This document shows positions 36,213 to 45,201 of a DNA stretch of 64,000 nucleotides, one piece after another. The first letter of the stretch is position 1. Each line of letters starts with the position of its first letter. The stretch comes from a virus, in IMG/VR virus record IMGVR_UViG_3300050821_016057, positions 1-64,000 of that record; one strand, given 5' to 3'. The translations under genes were made by a program, and so were the position numbers. Below the pieces are notes generated by a model. That model did no database searches. It saw only the letters and a program-made list of their open reading frames with translations, and was not told the DNA's origin.

Positions 36213-36544
36213 GCGGCGAGACGGTGGGCGAGATCGTGTCCCGGACGATCGAGAGCGGCGAGACGGTGGGCGAGATCGTGGCCCAGATGGTCGAGGAAAC
36301 GGCCGACCACGCGAGGATGCACCGGCACGCGGCCGGCCGGACCCGGTGGGTGATCGAGGAGGTGTCGCCGGGCGGCAACGGTCGCGTCCTCTACGCGTAC
36401 ACGCGGGGCCGGTGGACCGCGCAGGACACCAAGCGGGTCGCCCGGGTGATGGGCCCGAGTGGCGCGTTCACCCGCCGGCTGGCCACGCCCGGCGACGCCC
36501 GGTGCGCCCATACCGAGAACCGGAAGACCGAGGTGACCACGTGA
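36209..36544 (+). CDS. Hypothetical protein with duplicated SGETVGEIV segment
   Basis: GTGA coupling; 28-bp direct repeat at 36211 and 36253. Confidence 0.55.
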   Translation: MSGETVGEIVSRTIESGETVGEIVAQMVEETADHARMHRHAAGRTRWVIEEVSPGGNGRVLYAYTRGRWTAQDTKRVARVMGPSGAFTRRLATPGDARCAHTENRKTEVTT

Positions 36545-36807
36545 GGTTCAGCATCCGGAGGCGGCACGGCCTGGCCAGCCTGGACGGGGTGTACGTGGGG
36601 CACACGGGCGGGACGTTCGAGGTGTTCGACCCGCCCTGGTGGCACGTGCGGAGGTGGTGGCGGTGGTGGCGGTCCAAGCGGGCCAAGGGGGAGGTCGAGT
36701 TCAAGACGTTGCTGACGGCCGGGGGGGAGGTGGTGCGGGTGGTGCGGGTCTGGGAGGTGGTGCCGGTCCCGCGCCGGAGGGTCGAGGACCAGTTCAGGAT
36801 TCGCTGA
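36541..36807 (+). CDS. Hypothetical Trp/Arg-rich protein
   Basis: GAGG RBS, GTGA coupling. Confidence 0.55.
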   Translation: MRFSIRRRHGLASLDGVYVGHTGGTFEVFDPPWWHVRRWWRWWRSKRAKGEVEFKTLLTAGGEVVRVVRVWEVVPVPRRRVEDQFRIR

Positions 36808-36815
36808 GGCGAGAC

Positions 36816-38339
36816 ATGCGCAAGAGGTCGGAGGAGGAGAAGGCAGAGGAGCGCCCGCGTTCGAAAGAAGCCGATATAATTCATGACATAATCAACGAGC
36901 AGGCGGTGATCGCCGCGGTGCTGGCCGACTGGGGCGGGGAGGCGGCGAAGCTGCTCGACAAGTACCAGCCGGACACGTTCCTGGCCGAGGAGCACCGGGC
37001 CGGGTGGGCGGCCCTCCAGGAGCTGCGCAGGCGCAAGCTCGAGTACGACCCGGCCGCGCTCGCCCGGTACGCGGGGCCCAAGTGCGACGTCGAGTACCTG
37101 GGCAAGCTTTCGGCGCTGCGGCCGGACGCGCTGGGGTCGGCCGACCTCGGGCACTTCGTGGACGGGCTGCTCTGGGACAAGCAGCGGGCGAGCGCGGTCA
37201 CGGGACCGATCAGCGCGCTGCTCGAGGCGGTCCGGGACCCGAGGGCCGACCAGGCCAGGGTGCGCGCGCTGGCCCGGCACGTCGGGGAGGCGTTCGAGGG
37301 CGGGACGGGCCGGGGCCGGTACCTGCACGACGGGGCCGAGCTGGTCAGGAGCCAGATGGGGGAGATCCGCAAGCGAGTGGCCGGCCACGCCACGTACAGC
37401 TACGGGATCGACGGGCTGGACACCAACCTGGAGACGGGCGAGCGGCGGATGCTCCCCGGTCCAGCGCCCGGACAGATCACCGTCTTCACCGCGGTCAGCG
37501 GAAGCGGGAAAACTACTGCGGCCGGCCGCGCCACCCTGGGGATCGCCCGGCAGAGGAAGCGGGTGCTCTACGGCGCGTACGAGATGGGCGGCGGGATGAC
37601 GCTGGAGCTGCTGGCGTGCATGAGCCTCGGGTGGAGCCGGAGCCGGCTGATGAGCGGGCAGACGCAGGACACGAGCGCGCCGGCCAAGACCCCGATGGGG
37701 GCGAGGGAGCAGATCGAGCTGGAGGAGCGGATGCACTCCATCACCCCGTGGGTGCGGTTCATGCGCAACCCGTTCCGGCAGCGGGGGGTGCAGAAGCGGT
37801 CGAACGAGCGCAACCTCGACACCATCCAGGAGCAGATTGTGGACAGCGGGTGCGAGGTGTACGTGGCCGACCTGTGGAAGCGGTGCCTGGTCGACGCCCG
37901 GCCGGAGGCCGAGGAGGACGCGCTCAACCAGCAGCAGGCGATGGCCGAGGAGACGCGCGTGCACTGCATCCTGCTCCAGCAGCAGCGACTGAAGGACGTC
38001 GAGCAGCGTCCCGACAAGCGGCCGACCCGCGAGGGGATCAAGGGGAGCAGCGCGTGGGTGGAGGTGGCGGACACGATCGTGGGCTGGCACCTGCCCAGCC
38101 TGTGGAAGAGCGTGTCGGCCGACACCATCGAGGGGTTCGTGCTCAAGCAGCGGTACGGGGTGTACCCGCAGGGGGTCGAGTTCGCGTGGTCGGCCGAGCA
38201 CGGGTCGATCACGGGCGGGACCCCGATCGAGTACAAGCACTCGCAGGAGGAGTCGGGCGGGGTGTTCGGCGGGGAGTTCCGGTCGCCCGAGCTGGGCGGG
38301 GCGGGTGGCGGTCACGGCAAGGGAAGGCGGAGGAAGTGA
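36816..38339 (+). CDS. dnaB: DnaB-like replicative helicase
   Basis: N-terminal EQAVIAAVL; Walker A TAVSGSGKT; YEM; RPT...IKGSSAWVEVAD; KQRYG. Confidence 0.88.
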   Translation: MRKRSEEEKAEERPRSKEADIIHDIINEQAVIAAVLADWGGEAAKLLDKYQPDTFLAEEHRAGWAALQELRRRKLEYDPAALARYAGPKCDVEYLGKLSALRPDALGSADLGHFVDGLLWDKQRASAVTGPISALLEAVRDPRADQARVRALARHVGEAFEGGTGRGRYLHDGAELVRSQMGEIRKRVAGHATYSYGIDGLDTNLETGERRMLPGPAPGQITVFTAVSGSGKTTAAGRATLGIARQRKRVLYGAYEMGGGMTLELLACMSLGWSRSRLMSGQTQDTSAPAKTPMGAREQIELEERMHSITPWVRFMRNPFRQRGVQKRSNERNLDTIQEQIVDSGCEVYVADLWKRCLVDARPEAEEDALNQQQAMAEETRVHCILLQQQRLKDVEQRPDKRPTREGIKGSSAWVEVADTIVGWHLPSLWKSVSADTIEGFVLKQRYGVYPQGVEFAWSAEHGSITGGTPIEYKHSQEESGGVFGGEFRSPELGGAGGGHGKGRRRK

Positions 38340-38818
38340 TGGCGAAGTTGAAGGTTTTCAAGCTGGGCCCCAACGCGCTCCAGGGGTCGGGGAACCCCCC
38401 CTACGAGAAGGAGATGTGGGGGGCGTCGGTCGAGGGGGTGGCCCTGTGTTCCCACGGAGACACGGAGGACGACGCGGTTTGCCGGTTGGCCGAGGAGTTG
38501 GGCAATTGGGTGATAGGGCACCGGTCCCGCATCGTGGAGTTGGGTCAGAAACTTGGAGAACCCCGAATGGTGTTCGAGGCCGAGGCCAAGAAGCGGGTGG
38601 AGCACTACGACAGTGGTTATTCGAGGGTCGAGGTAGACTTTCAGGGGGCTTCTGTAATTGAGGGACACCACGCGTTCATCGGTATCCAATTGGACGCGGC
38701 CGCCAGCCAGCTGGAGGAGCACCACTTCGTCCAGAAGCACGTGGTTCTGGAGGACGGCCGAACAGTCGACTTCATCCGGAAGCGGTACCGGGTGACGCTG
38801 GAGGAGATCAAGGAGTGA
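38339..38818 (+). CDS. Hypothetical protein, lower GC
   Basis: TGATG coupling. Confidence 0.55.
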   Translation: MAKLKVFKLGPNALQGSGNPPYEKEMWGASVEGVALCSHGDTEDDAVCRLAEELGNWVIGHRSRIVELGQKLGEPRMVFEAEAKKRVEHYDSGYSRVEVDFQGASVIEGHHAFIGIQLDAAASQLEEHHFVQKHVVLEDGRTVDFIRKRYRVTLEEIKE

Positions 38819-38822
38819 ATCA

Positions 38823-39296
38823 GTGAGGCGCCGGGTCACGCCGCCGAGGTCGCTGGCAGGCGGTTGGGTGGACCCGTCTAGTCTGCCCCGCGGGCCCAAC
38901 GGGCGGGCGCTCTGCCGGCGGTGCCTGCAGGAGGTGCCGGTCGGCCGGAGGACGTTCTGCTCGGGCGCCCAGATGGTCACCCGGTGGGCCGGTTACGGGA
39001 AGCCGAGGGTGCTCGTCGCCCCGGGGAGCGGGTGCGTGCACGAGCACATGGTGCGGAGCAACCCCGGGTACGCGCGCAAGTGCGTGCTGGCCCGGGACGG
39101 GGGGCGGTGCGCCGAGTGCCTGATGGTGGACCCATACTGGGAGATGGACCACGTCACCCCGGTCGCGGAGGGCGGGGGATCGTGCGGGCTCGAGAACCTG
39201 CGGACGCTCTGCCGAGTCCACCACCGGCTGGCGACCGCGGCACTAGCTAGGCGGAGGGCGGAGGCCCGAAAGGAGAACCCATGCTTATCCGGTTGA
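38823..39296 (+). CDS. HNH endonuclease
   Basis: RDGGRCAEC...DHVTPVAEGGG...ENLRTLCRVHH. Confidence 0.9.
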   Translation: MRRRVTPPRSLAGGWVDPSSLPRGPNGRALCRRCLQEVPVGRRTFCSGAQMVTRWAGYGKPRVLVAPGSGCVHEHMVRSNPGYARKCVLARDGGRCAECLMVDPYWEMDHVTPVAEGGGSCGLENLRTLCRVHHRLATAALARRRAEARKENPCLSG

Positions 39297-39303
39297 CGCA
39301 CCA

Positions 39304-39582
39304 ATGAGGCCGACACGTACGCAACTGGCACTGATTCGTATCGGGGTGCGCCAGCCGGAGCGACTGCCGCCCGTATACGGTTCTGGCGGCGGTTTCGTCG
39401 TGGCTGACCCGCGAACGATTCGGGCGCTCGTAGAGCAGGGTCTAGCGTTCCAGAAGCCGCACTTTTGTCGCGAGGACCTGAGCCAAGCGTGGCTGACTCG
39501 GGCAGCCTTTGCGCTTGTAGGGGCGCCTCCGCTGCCAGCCGACCGCGCTCATCCGTTCAAATCAGGCGAGGTGTGGCCGTGA
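39304..39582 (+). CDS. Hypothetical protein, atypical codon usage
   Basis: 92 aa ORF filling the gap. Confidence 0.4.
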   Translation: MRPTRTQLALIRIGVRQPERLPPVYGSGGGFVVADPRTIRALVEQGLAFQKPHFCREDLSQAWLTRAAFALVGAPPLPADRAHPFKSGEVWP

Positions 39583-39649
39583 AGTGTATCAACCGGATAA
39601 GCATGGGAGAACCGATGAAGCACTTGACCGAGCACGACGAGCGTAAACG

Positions 39650-40600
39650 TTGAGCCTCACCAAGCGGGCGCTCCAGAAGCTGGGGTTGGAGGTGGTGGAC
39701 AAGGGGGCGGACCGGCGCTGCTACGGGATCTGCCCGTTCCACCAGGACCGCCACCCCACCAACTGGTTTATCCGCCTCCGGGGGGAGCGGGCCGGGCAGC
39801 ATCACTGCTTCGCGTGCAAGGCCAAGGGCGGGCTGCTCGACCTGATCGCGCACCGGCGTGGCTGCTCGCTCAAGGGGGCGAGGGAGTGGCTGGACCAGCT
39901 GCGCGGGGGGGAGGAGGTGGAGGGGGTGCGGCTGCCCGAGGACGAGATCCGGCTGGTCGTGTCAGGCGTGGGCACGAGGGCGTTCCAGCTGCCTCGGGAG
40001 GTCCGGTTCGGGTCGCTGGGCAGCTGGACCCAGACGGCGCGCCGGTACGCGGAGCGGCGGCACTTGACCGAGGCCCAGGTGGCCGACTGGGGGATCGGCT
40101 ACGCGACGTCGGGCCGGCTGGCCGGTAGGATCGTGATCCCGGTGCGGGACCGGGACGGGGTCGCGTGGAGCTACATGGCCCGGACGTTCGCCGACCACCA
40201 GGCCCGGTACTACTACCCGGCCGAGCGGGAGCGGGCCGACCTGGACGTGGTCTTCGGCGAGCAGTGGTGGCCGAGGGACGGTACGCTCAGGCGGGAGACG
40301 GTCGTGGTGGCCGAGGGGGCGCTGAACGCGCTGGCGGTGGAGCGGGCGGTCGGCGGGTGGGCGTCGGTGGCCGCGCTGGGGGGCTCGGACGTGCGCCCCA
40401 TCCACGTGGGCAAGCTGGCCGCGTTCGGGACCGTGCTGGTGATGACCGACGACGACCGGGCGGGCGAGGGGGCGGCCGAGGAGCTGATGGTCGGGTTGGC
40501 CAGGCATACCCGGGTGGTGCGTGTTAGCCTGGGCGCCGGGATGGACGCGGACGACATGGACCCGGCCGAGCTGGAGGTGAGGTTGTGCCGCTCAACCTAG
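39650..40600 (+). CDS. dnaG: DNA primase (CHC2 zinc finger + TOPRIM)
   Basis: CPFHQD...CFAC; RIVIP; VAEG; DDDRAG. Confidence 0.9.
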   Translation: MSLTKRALQKLGLEVVDKGADRRCYGICPFHQDRHPTNWFIRLRGERAGQHHCFACKAKGGLLDLIAHRRGCSLKGAREWLDQLRGGEEVEGVRLPEDEIRLVVSGVGTRAFQLPREVRFGSLGSWTQTARRYAERRHLTEAQVADWGIGYATSGRLAGRIVIPVRDRDGVAWSYMARTFADHQARYYYPAERERADLDVVFGEQWWPRDGTLRRETVVVAEGALNALAVERAVGGWASVAALGGSDVRPIHVGKLAAFGTVLVMTDDDRAGEGAAEELMVGLARHTRVVRVSLGAGMDADDMDPAELEVRLCRST

Positions 40601-40809
40601 GCGGGCTCCCCCGCGAGGAGAGGCGGCGGCGGATCTTGGCCGCGCTGGAGGAGACAAGCGGGGTGGTCAGGCGGGCGGCCACCAACTTGGGGATCCACAA
40701 CACGCTGATCTGCTACCACATCCGGGAGCTGGGGATGCGCGGCGAGGTGGAGCGGATCCGGAACCGGTGGAGGCGATTCCTGCTAACCGGGCGCGATGGC
40801 GCGGCATAA
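40585..40809 (+). CDS. Stand-alone Fis-type HTH protein
   Basis: ILAALEETSGVVRRAATNLGI...L...IRELGM. Confidence 0.75.
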   Translation: MPLNLGGLPREERRRRILAALEETSGVVRRAATNLGIHNTLICYHIRELGMRGEVERIRNRWRRFLLTGRDGAA

Positions 40810-40810
40810 G
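40801..40810 (+). promoter_or_regulatory. Class II motif GCGGCATAAG
   Basis: Its TAA doubles as the stop of 40585-40809. Confidence 0.6.
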
Positions 40811-40829
40811 GGTAGGGTGGAGAACGACG

Positions 40830-41123
40830 ATGGACATCCCCGAGCTCATCAGGACGGACCCGGAGGAGGCCCGGCGGGCGCTGCGCGAGGCGTTCCTGAA
40901 GTCGGGGGCTCTGCAGCGGGAGGCGGCCCTGCTATACCAGGTGGGGCCCTGGACGTTCTGCCGGTGGGTGGCGCAGCTGGGGTTGTCGGAGGAGTTCAAG
41001 CAGCTGACCATGCGGGCGAAGCGGGAGGGTTGGATCAGCCCGGTGGACCAGCGGGGCAAGCGGGGGCCGGACCGGCAGAAGCGGGCCCCGAGGACGAAGA
41101 GGAAGGGACGGAGGACGAGGTGA
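40830..41123 (+). CDS. Fis-like HTH protein with basic tail
   Basis: LREAFLKSG..QREAALLYQVGPWTFCRWVAQLGL; GPDRQKRAPR tail. Confidence 0.65.
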   Translation: MDIPELIRTDPEEARRALREAFLKSGALQREAALLYQVGPWTFCRWVAQLGLSEEFKQLTMRAKREGWISPVDQRGKRGPDRQKRAPRTKRKGRRTR

Positions 41124-41650
41124 GCGCGGCGAGGAACCTGGAGCAGCTTTTCGCGGCGGCGAGCACGGCCAGCGCGAGCCTGATGGAGGGGCGGGACCTG
41201 GCGCGCCAGCACTCCGTCCGGGCGATCCGCGAGGTCGAGCGGCGCCTGCGTTCCGCCATCGCGGGCGACACGCTCCGCGGGATGAGCAACTTGTTCCCGG
41301 TGAGGGGGGCGATCGCCCAGCAGGCGGCGCGCGTGGTCGGCCGGGAGGGGGCGCACACCGACTTCTTCGCCCAGGCGATGCGCAAGCTGGACGAGCCGGT
41401 GCCGTTCGGCCGGTCCGCGATGGTGCTGACCAAGGAGGGGGAGCTGATGGTTTTCGAGGTCGGGGAGCGGGGCGAGTTCTCGTCCCGGCCGGCCGAGGAC
41501 GGCGAGCTGACCGCGCAGGACCTGGACGCGGTCCTGCACACCGTCCGGGCCGTGCTGGAGCGGCACGTCCAGCGGGCCGAGCGGACGGCCGCCAACTACG
41601 CGAGAATCTCCGGGATGGCCGCCCAGCTGGGCCGGCTGCTTGGCCCCTGA
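41120..41650 (+). CDS. Hypothetical protein
   Basis: GGAGG RBS, GTGA coupling. Confidence 0.65.
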   Translation: MSAARNLEQLFAAASTASASLMEGRDLARQHSVRAIREVERRLRSAIAGDTLRGMSNLFPVRGAIAQQAARVVGREGAHTDFFAQAMRKLDEPVPFGRSAMVLTKEGELMVFEVGERGEFSSRPAEDGELTAQDLDAVLHTVRAVLERHVQRAERTAANYARISGMAAQLGRLLGP

Positions 41651-41723
41651 AGCCTGCCGCCCGCGTGCCCGATCTTCCCCCGGATCGGCAGCGGGCGGTG
41701 GGGCTCCAGCGGCCGAGCGGGGA

Positions 41724-41741
41724 CCCAAACCCGGGTTTGGG
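41724..41741. repeat. 18-bp palindrome copy 11
   Basis: Exact; upstream of early promoter. Confidence 0.97.
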
Positions 41742-41760
41742 GAAAAAAGAACGAGGGGGT

Positions 41761-41800
41761 GATAAAAAGACTTGCAGCCCAAGCGGGAAGGGTCCATAAC
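41761..41800 (+). promoter_or_regulatory. Sigma70-like early promoter GATAAAAAGAC-TTGCAG-N17-CATAAC
   Basis: A-tracts upstream; twin of 32833-32872. Confidence 0.72.
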
Positions 41801-41802
41801 AA

Positions 41803-41929
41803 GGTTCGTAGGGCGGCGCTGAAAAGAGGGGCGCCACTCCACCACCTGATGGCATGCAGGTTCAGGATGGGGTACCCGTGAGGGCCCGGACGGTGCTTGT
41901 GACGCCCCTCTCTTCGACACCCTCGAACC
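41803..41929 (+). ncRNA. Structured RNA/5' leader (long rod with multi-way junction)
   Basis: 41821-37 pairs 41899-915 (15/17); 41803-13 pairs 41920-29; inner hairpins including a GUGA tetraloop. Confidence 0.5.
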
Positions 41930-41963
41930 AACACCCGCGCTGAGGCGCAGAAAGAGGAACCCC

Positions 41964-43121
41964 ATGCTTCACCACCACGGACCCGCAGGCACCTACGACG
42001 TCGCAGCATCCGAGGCCGCCACGCGCGCCCGCTCGCTCATGGAGCAGAAGATCGAGACCGGCAAGCAGTCGGCCATCCAGCTGTACGAGCGCGTGCACGC
42101 CGCGGTCCCGGTCGACGCGATCGTCCGCGGGCGCGGGCTCGCGTTCCAGTACGGGGTCGGCCCCGAGGACATGCCGGTCAGCGTCTCGGCGGGCGGCAGC
42201 CCGATGGGCATCCACCGGCACGCGCTCCAGCAGATGGCCGGCAAGGCCGGCATCCCGGGCCAGTACCTGGCCGAGTTGGTCGGCGCCCCCGAGGGGTGGA
42301 AGCGCGAGCTGGCGGCCCGGACGCTCACCGACCACTTCACCCGCACGCAGGTCGTGCAGCGCGAGGACCTGTCCGGGTCCCGCCACCTGGTGCGGGCGGT
42401 CAACGGGGAGGTGCGCGGCTTCCTGAGCGACCGGTACCGCCGGCTGGACTCGCGCCCGCTGCTCGAGGCGTTCGCCGAGGGCTGCCGGGAGCTGGGCGCG
42501 GTGCCGGTCGAGGGGACGACCACGGACGTGCGCGTGGCCCTCAAGGCGTACCTGCCGATGGTGTTCGAGCCCGTCCCCAACGAGGTGATGTGCCTGGGGG
42601 TCGAGTGGAGCAACAGCGACTTCGGGGCGGGCAAGCACGCGCTCCGCGCGTTCATCTACCGGCTCTGGTGCGCGAACGGGGCGGTCATGGAGGACGCGAT
42701 GAGCCAGGTGCACCTGGGCGGCCGGCTGGCCGACACGATCGAGTTCAGCGACCGGACCTACGCGCTCGACACGCGCGCCTCGGTCAGCGCGCTCCGGGAC
42801 GTGGTGGCGGGCACGCTCGGGCCGAAGTCGGTCAACACCCTACTGGCCACCATCCGGGCGGCCGACGAGAAGAAGGTCGAGTGGCGCTCGGTGAGCACGC
42901 TCCTCGGCAAGAAGCTCCTGAAGGAGGAGCTGAAGGCGGCCCGGGACGCGTTCGACAGCGAGGACGTGATCAACCTGCCGGCCGGCAAGTCGATCTGGCG
43001 GGTCAGCAACGCGATCAGCTGGATCGCGGGCAAGACCGAGGACCAGGACCGCAAGTTGGAGCTGCAGAGGCTGGCGGGCGCGGTCATCCACGGCAAGAGC
43101 GAGGAGGCGGTGGCGGCCTGA
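41964..43121 (+). CDS. DUF932-like protein
   Basis: RGFLSDRYRRLDS and SNSDFG.G...YRLWCANG motifs. Confidence 0.75.
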   Translation: MLHHHGPAGTYDVAASEAATRARSLMEQKIETGKQSAIQLYERVHAAVPVDAIVRGRGLAFQYGVGPEDMPVSVSAGGSPMGIHRHALQQMAGKAGIPGQYLAELVGAPEGWKRELAARTLTDHFTRTQVVQREDLSGSRHLVRAVNGEVRGFLSDRYRRLDSRPLLEAFAEGCRELGAVPVEGTTTDVRVALKAYLPMVFEPVPNEVMCLGVEWSNSDFGAGKHALRAFIYRLWCANGAVMEDAMSQVHLGGRLADTIEFSDRTYALDTRASVSALRDVVAGTLGPKSVNTLLATIRAADEKKVEWRSVSTLLGKKLLKEELKAARDAFDSEDVINLPAGKSIWRVSNAISWIAGKTEDQDRKLELQRLAGAVIHGKSEEAVAA

Positions 43122-43140
43122 GTCGAGGGGGGTGGGAGAC

Positions 43141-43228
43141 CGCCCCCGCACCGCCTGATCGGCATCGCGCTCGCAACCCCTAGGCAGGGGCGGAGGGGCG
43201 CGCCGGGGTTCGACTCCCCGGGGGGCGA
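43141..43228 (+). ncRNA. tRNA-like RNA (acceptor stem + T-arm, non-canonical core)
   Basis: CGCCCCC/GGGGGCG 7-bp stem; CGGGG-TTCGACT-CCCCG T-arm; no canonical anticodon arm, no encoded CCA. Confidence 0.65.
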
Positions 43229-43290
43229 CGAAGTTGCAGTGCGGGCGCTGAGGCGCCCGAGGTGAAGGACAACCGAGGACGGTGACCAGG

Positions 43291-43938
43291 ATGGCGAGAG
43301 AGATCGAAGGGCCGGCGTTCCGCTTGAGGGACGGTCGGAGCACGTACGGCGAGTTCGCCCGGGAGACCCGGGAGCGCTGGGTGGCGATGGCCCGGTGGTT
43401 GATGCGGCGGTGGCGGGTGCCGGGTTGGGTGGACGTCGAGGACGTCGTCCAGGAGCTGATGATCGGGGCGTGGCGGGGGTGCTTCGAGTACCAGGAGGGC
43501 CGGGGGACGAGGTCGCTGGGCGGGCACGTCGAGTACGTGGCCACCGACAAGGCGAAGAAGCGGATGCACAAGTGGCGGGGCGCGCTCCTGCACGGCAACC
43601 CGGACGCCGAGGACGGGCATATGGACGTCCCGTTCTGCGTGGTCGAGGACGGGGACGGTTGGGTGGACACGCTGTCGAACGTGCCGCCCGGGCAGGAGGA
43701 CGCGCTGATGCGCCGGCAGAGCGGGCGGGCGGTGCTCCGGCAGTGCCAGTCGATCGAGGAGCTGCTGGTCGTGCAGGCGCTGGCCGAAACCGAGAGCTTC
43801 ATCGGGTCGGCCGCCCTGATCTACGGGGACGAGGACTCGCGGCAGCTGCTCGAGCTTAGGAGCGAGGAGCACGCCGCGCAGGTGGTGGTGAGGACCGCGT
43901 ACGCGGTGGTGGACAGGATTCAACTCGAGGCAGCATGA
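43291..43938 (+). CDS. Sigma70 region 2-like (ECF-type) factor
   Basis: MARWLMRRW...DVEDVVQELMIGAWR...Y..GRG resembles region 2; region 4 not recognisable. Confidence 0.65.
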   Translation: MAREIEGPAFRLRDGRSTYGEFARETRERWVAMARWLMRRWRVPGWVDVEDVVQELMIGAWRGCFEYQEGRGTRSLGGHVEYVATDKAKKRMHKWRGALLHGNPDAEDGHMDVPFCVVEDGDGWVDTLSNVPPGQEDALMRRQSGRAVLRQCQSIEELLVVQALAETESFIGSAALIYGDEDSRQLLELRSEEHAAQVVVRTAYAVVDRIQLEAA

Positions 43939-43949
43939 GGGAGACGACC

Positions 43950-45107
43950 ATGGAGACGAGCAAGCAGAAGACGAACGCGACGACGGGGATCATCTTGGCG
44001 ATGCTGGACCGGCCCCGGATGCTGAAGGCCGCCAACGCGGCGGGGCTGATGACCGAGGGCAAGTCGGACGAGCAGCTGAGCGTGGCCCTCTTCGCCCACT
44101 ACCTGAAGGGGGTGGGGAACGACTCGGCCAAGCTGGTCGAGTGCGACATGTGCCTGGGGCGCTCGCCCGAGGCGCTGGAGGGGTGCCCGTACTGCCTGGA
44201 GGACCCGGCGGCGGGCGCGAAGGGGTCGCCGAAGGCGGCCGAGACTGGTAAGGGTCAACACCCCAAGGAGAAGGCGCACATGAACAAGACGACGACGAAG
44301 GAAGAGGCCCCGCAGAAGTCGCTGATGCTGGCCGGCGGCACCGGGCTGGCGACCGTCACCCCGATCGGCAAGGACTTGTCGAAGCTGACCGAGAAGACGC
44401 TCGACCACGCGGTTAAAGAGGTGCAGGTCGCCAAGGCGGAGGCGAGCGGCTCGATGTGGAAGCTGGGCGGGAAGATCGCCGCCATCTACGACGGGCAGCT
44501 CTGGAAGCTCCGCAGCGAGGACGGCAAGCCGCGCTACAAGACGCCGGACGCGTTCTGCGTGGCCGAGCTGGGGATGTCGGTCACCCACGCGTGGTCGCTG
44601 ATGGACCTGCACAAGAAGTTCACCGAGGCCGAGGTGGCCAAGTTCGGGACCAGCAAGCTGGGCCTGCTCCTGCAGGCGCCCGAGGCGGCCCGCCCGGCCA
44701 TCCGGGAGTCGATCGAGAAGGGGGCGACCAAGCAGGCGGTGGCCGCCGAGGTCAAGCGCGCCAACCAGGGCAAGGAGACGGTCCAGCGCCGGGACGGCAA
44801 GGAGCAGAAGAGTTCCGCCCCGACCCGCGCCAAGAACCGCGCTGAGGGCAAGAAGGAGAAGCCGGCCCTGAGGGCGGGCCGCGCCACCATCACGATCGCC
44901 AACATGACGGGTAGCCAGACGATCCCGATGTGGAAGAAGGCGAGCATGGTCGGGGACGACAAGAAGGAGTGGGTGCGCGCCAAGCGGATCGCGGACGTGC
45001 CGACCTGCCGGATGGAGCTGGCCAACGACGTCGTGCAGGACTTCACGCTGGTCGAGCACACGGACGGCACGCTCAAGCTGAAGATCGTCACCGCGCGCGC
45101 CGAGTAG
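43950..45107 (+). CDS. Lys-rich putative DNA-binding protein (Zn knuckle + DUF3102-like HTH)
   Basis: CDMC...CPYC; WKLGGKIAAI...LWK...YKT..AFC..ELGMS...AWSLM; possible internal start at 44280. Confidence 0.6.
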   Translation: METSKQKTNATTGIILAMLDRPRMLKAANAAGLMTEGKSDEQLSVALFAHYLKGVGNDSAKLVECDMCLGRSPEALEGCPYCLEDPAAGAKGSPKAAETGKGQHPKEKAHMNKTTTKEEAPQKSLMLAGGTGLATVTPIGKDLSKLTEKTLDHAVKEVQVAKAEASGSMWKLGGKIAAIYDGQLWKLRSEDGKPRYKTPDAFCVAELGMSVTHAWSLMDLHKKFTEAEVAKFGTSKLGLLLQAPEAARPAIRESIEKGATKQAVAAEVKRANQGKETVQRRDGKEQKSSAPTRAKNRAEGKKEKPALRAGRATITIANMTGSQTIPMWKKASMVGDDKKEWVRAKRIADVPTCRMELANDVVQDFTLVEHTDGTLKLKIVTARAE

Positions 45108-45109
45108 GA

Positions 45110-45127
45110 CCCAAACCCGGGTTTGGG
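45110..45127. repeat. 18-bp palindrome copy 12
   Basis: Exact; 2 nt after stop, 6 nt before class II motif. Confidence 0.97.
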
Positions 45128-45133
45128 GGGCGG

Positions 45134-45143
45134 GCGGCATAAG
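45134..45143 (+). promoter_or_regulatory. Class II motif GCGGCATAAG
   Basis: Upstream of polB. Confidence 0.6.
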
Positions 45144-45145
45144 AG

Positions 45146-45184
45146 AAGGGCTCCACCCATTGGGGGTGGGGCCTTTTCTCGTTT
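45146..45184 (+). terminator. Rho-independent terminator
   Basis: GGCTCCACCC/GGGTGGGGCC stem then TTTTCTCGTTT. Confidence 0.7.
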
Positions 45185-45201
45185 CGTGCGATGGAGCCCG
45201 G

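Noticed and set aside
41821-41870. Hammerhead ribozyme (CTGATG and GAAA nearby)
   Set aside because: Core reads CTGATGG rather than CTGANGA and the stems do not match the topology
43141-43228. Canonical tRNA (Pro AGG or amber suppressor) or full tmRNA
   Set aside because: No proper 5-bp anticodon stem with U33/R37 loop; too short for tmRNA and lacks G3:U70
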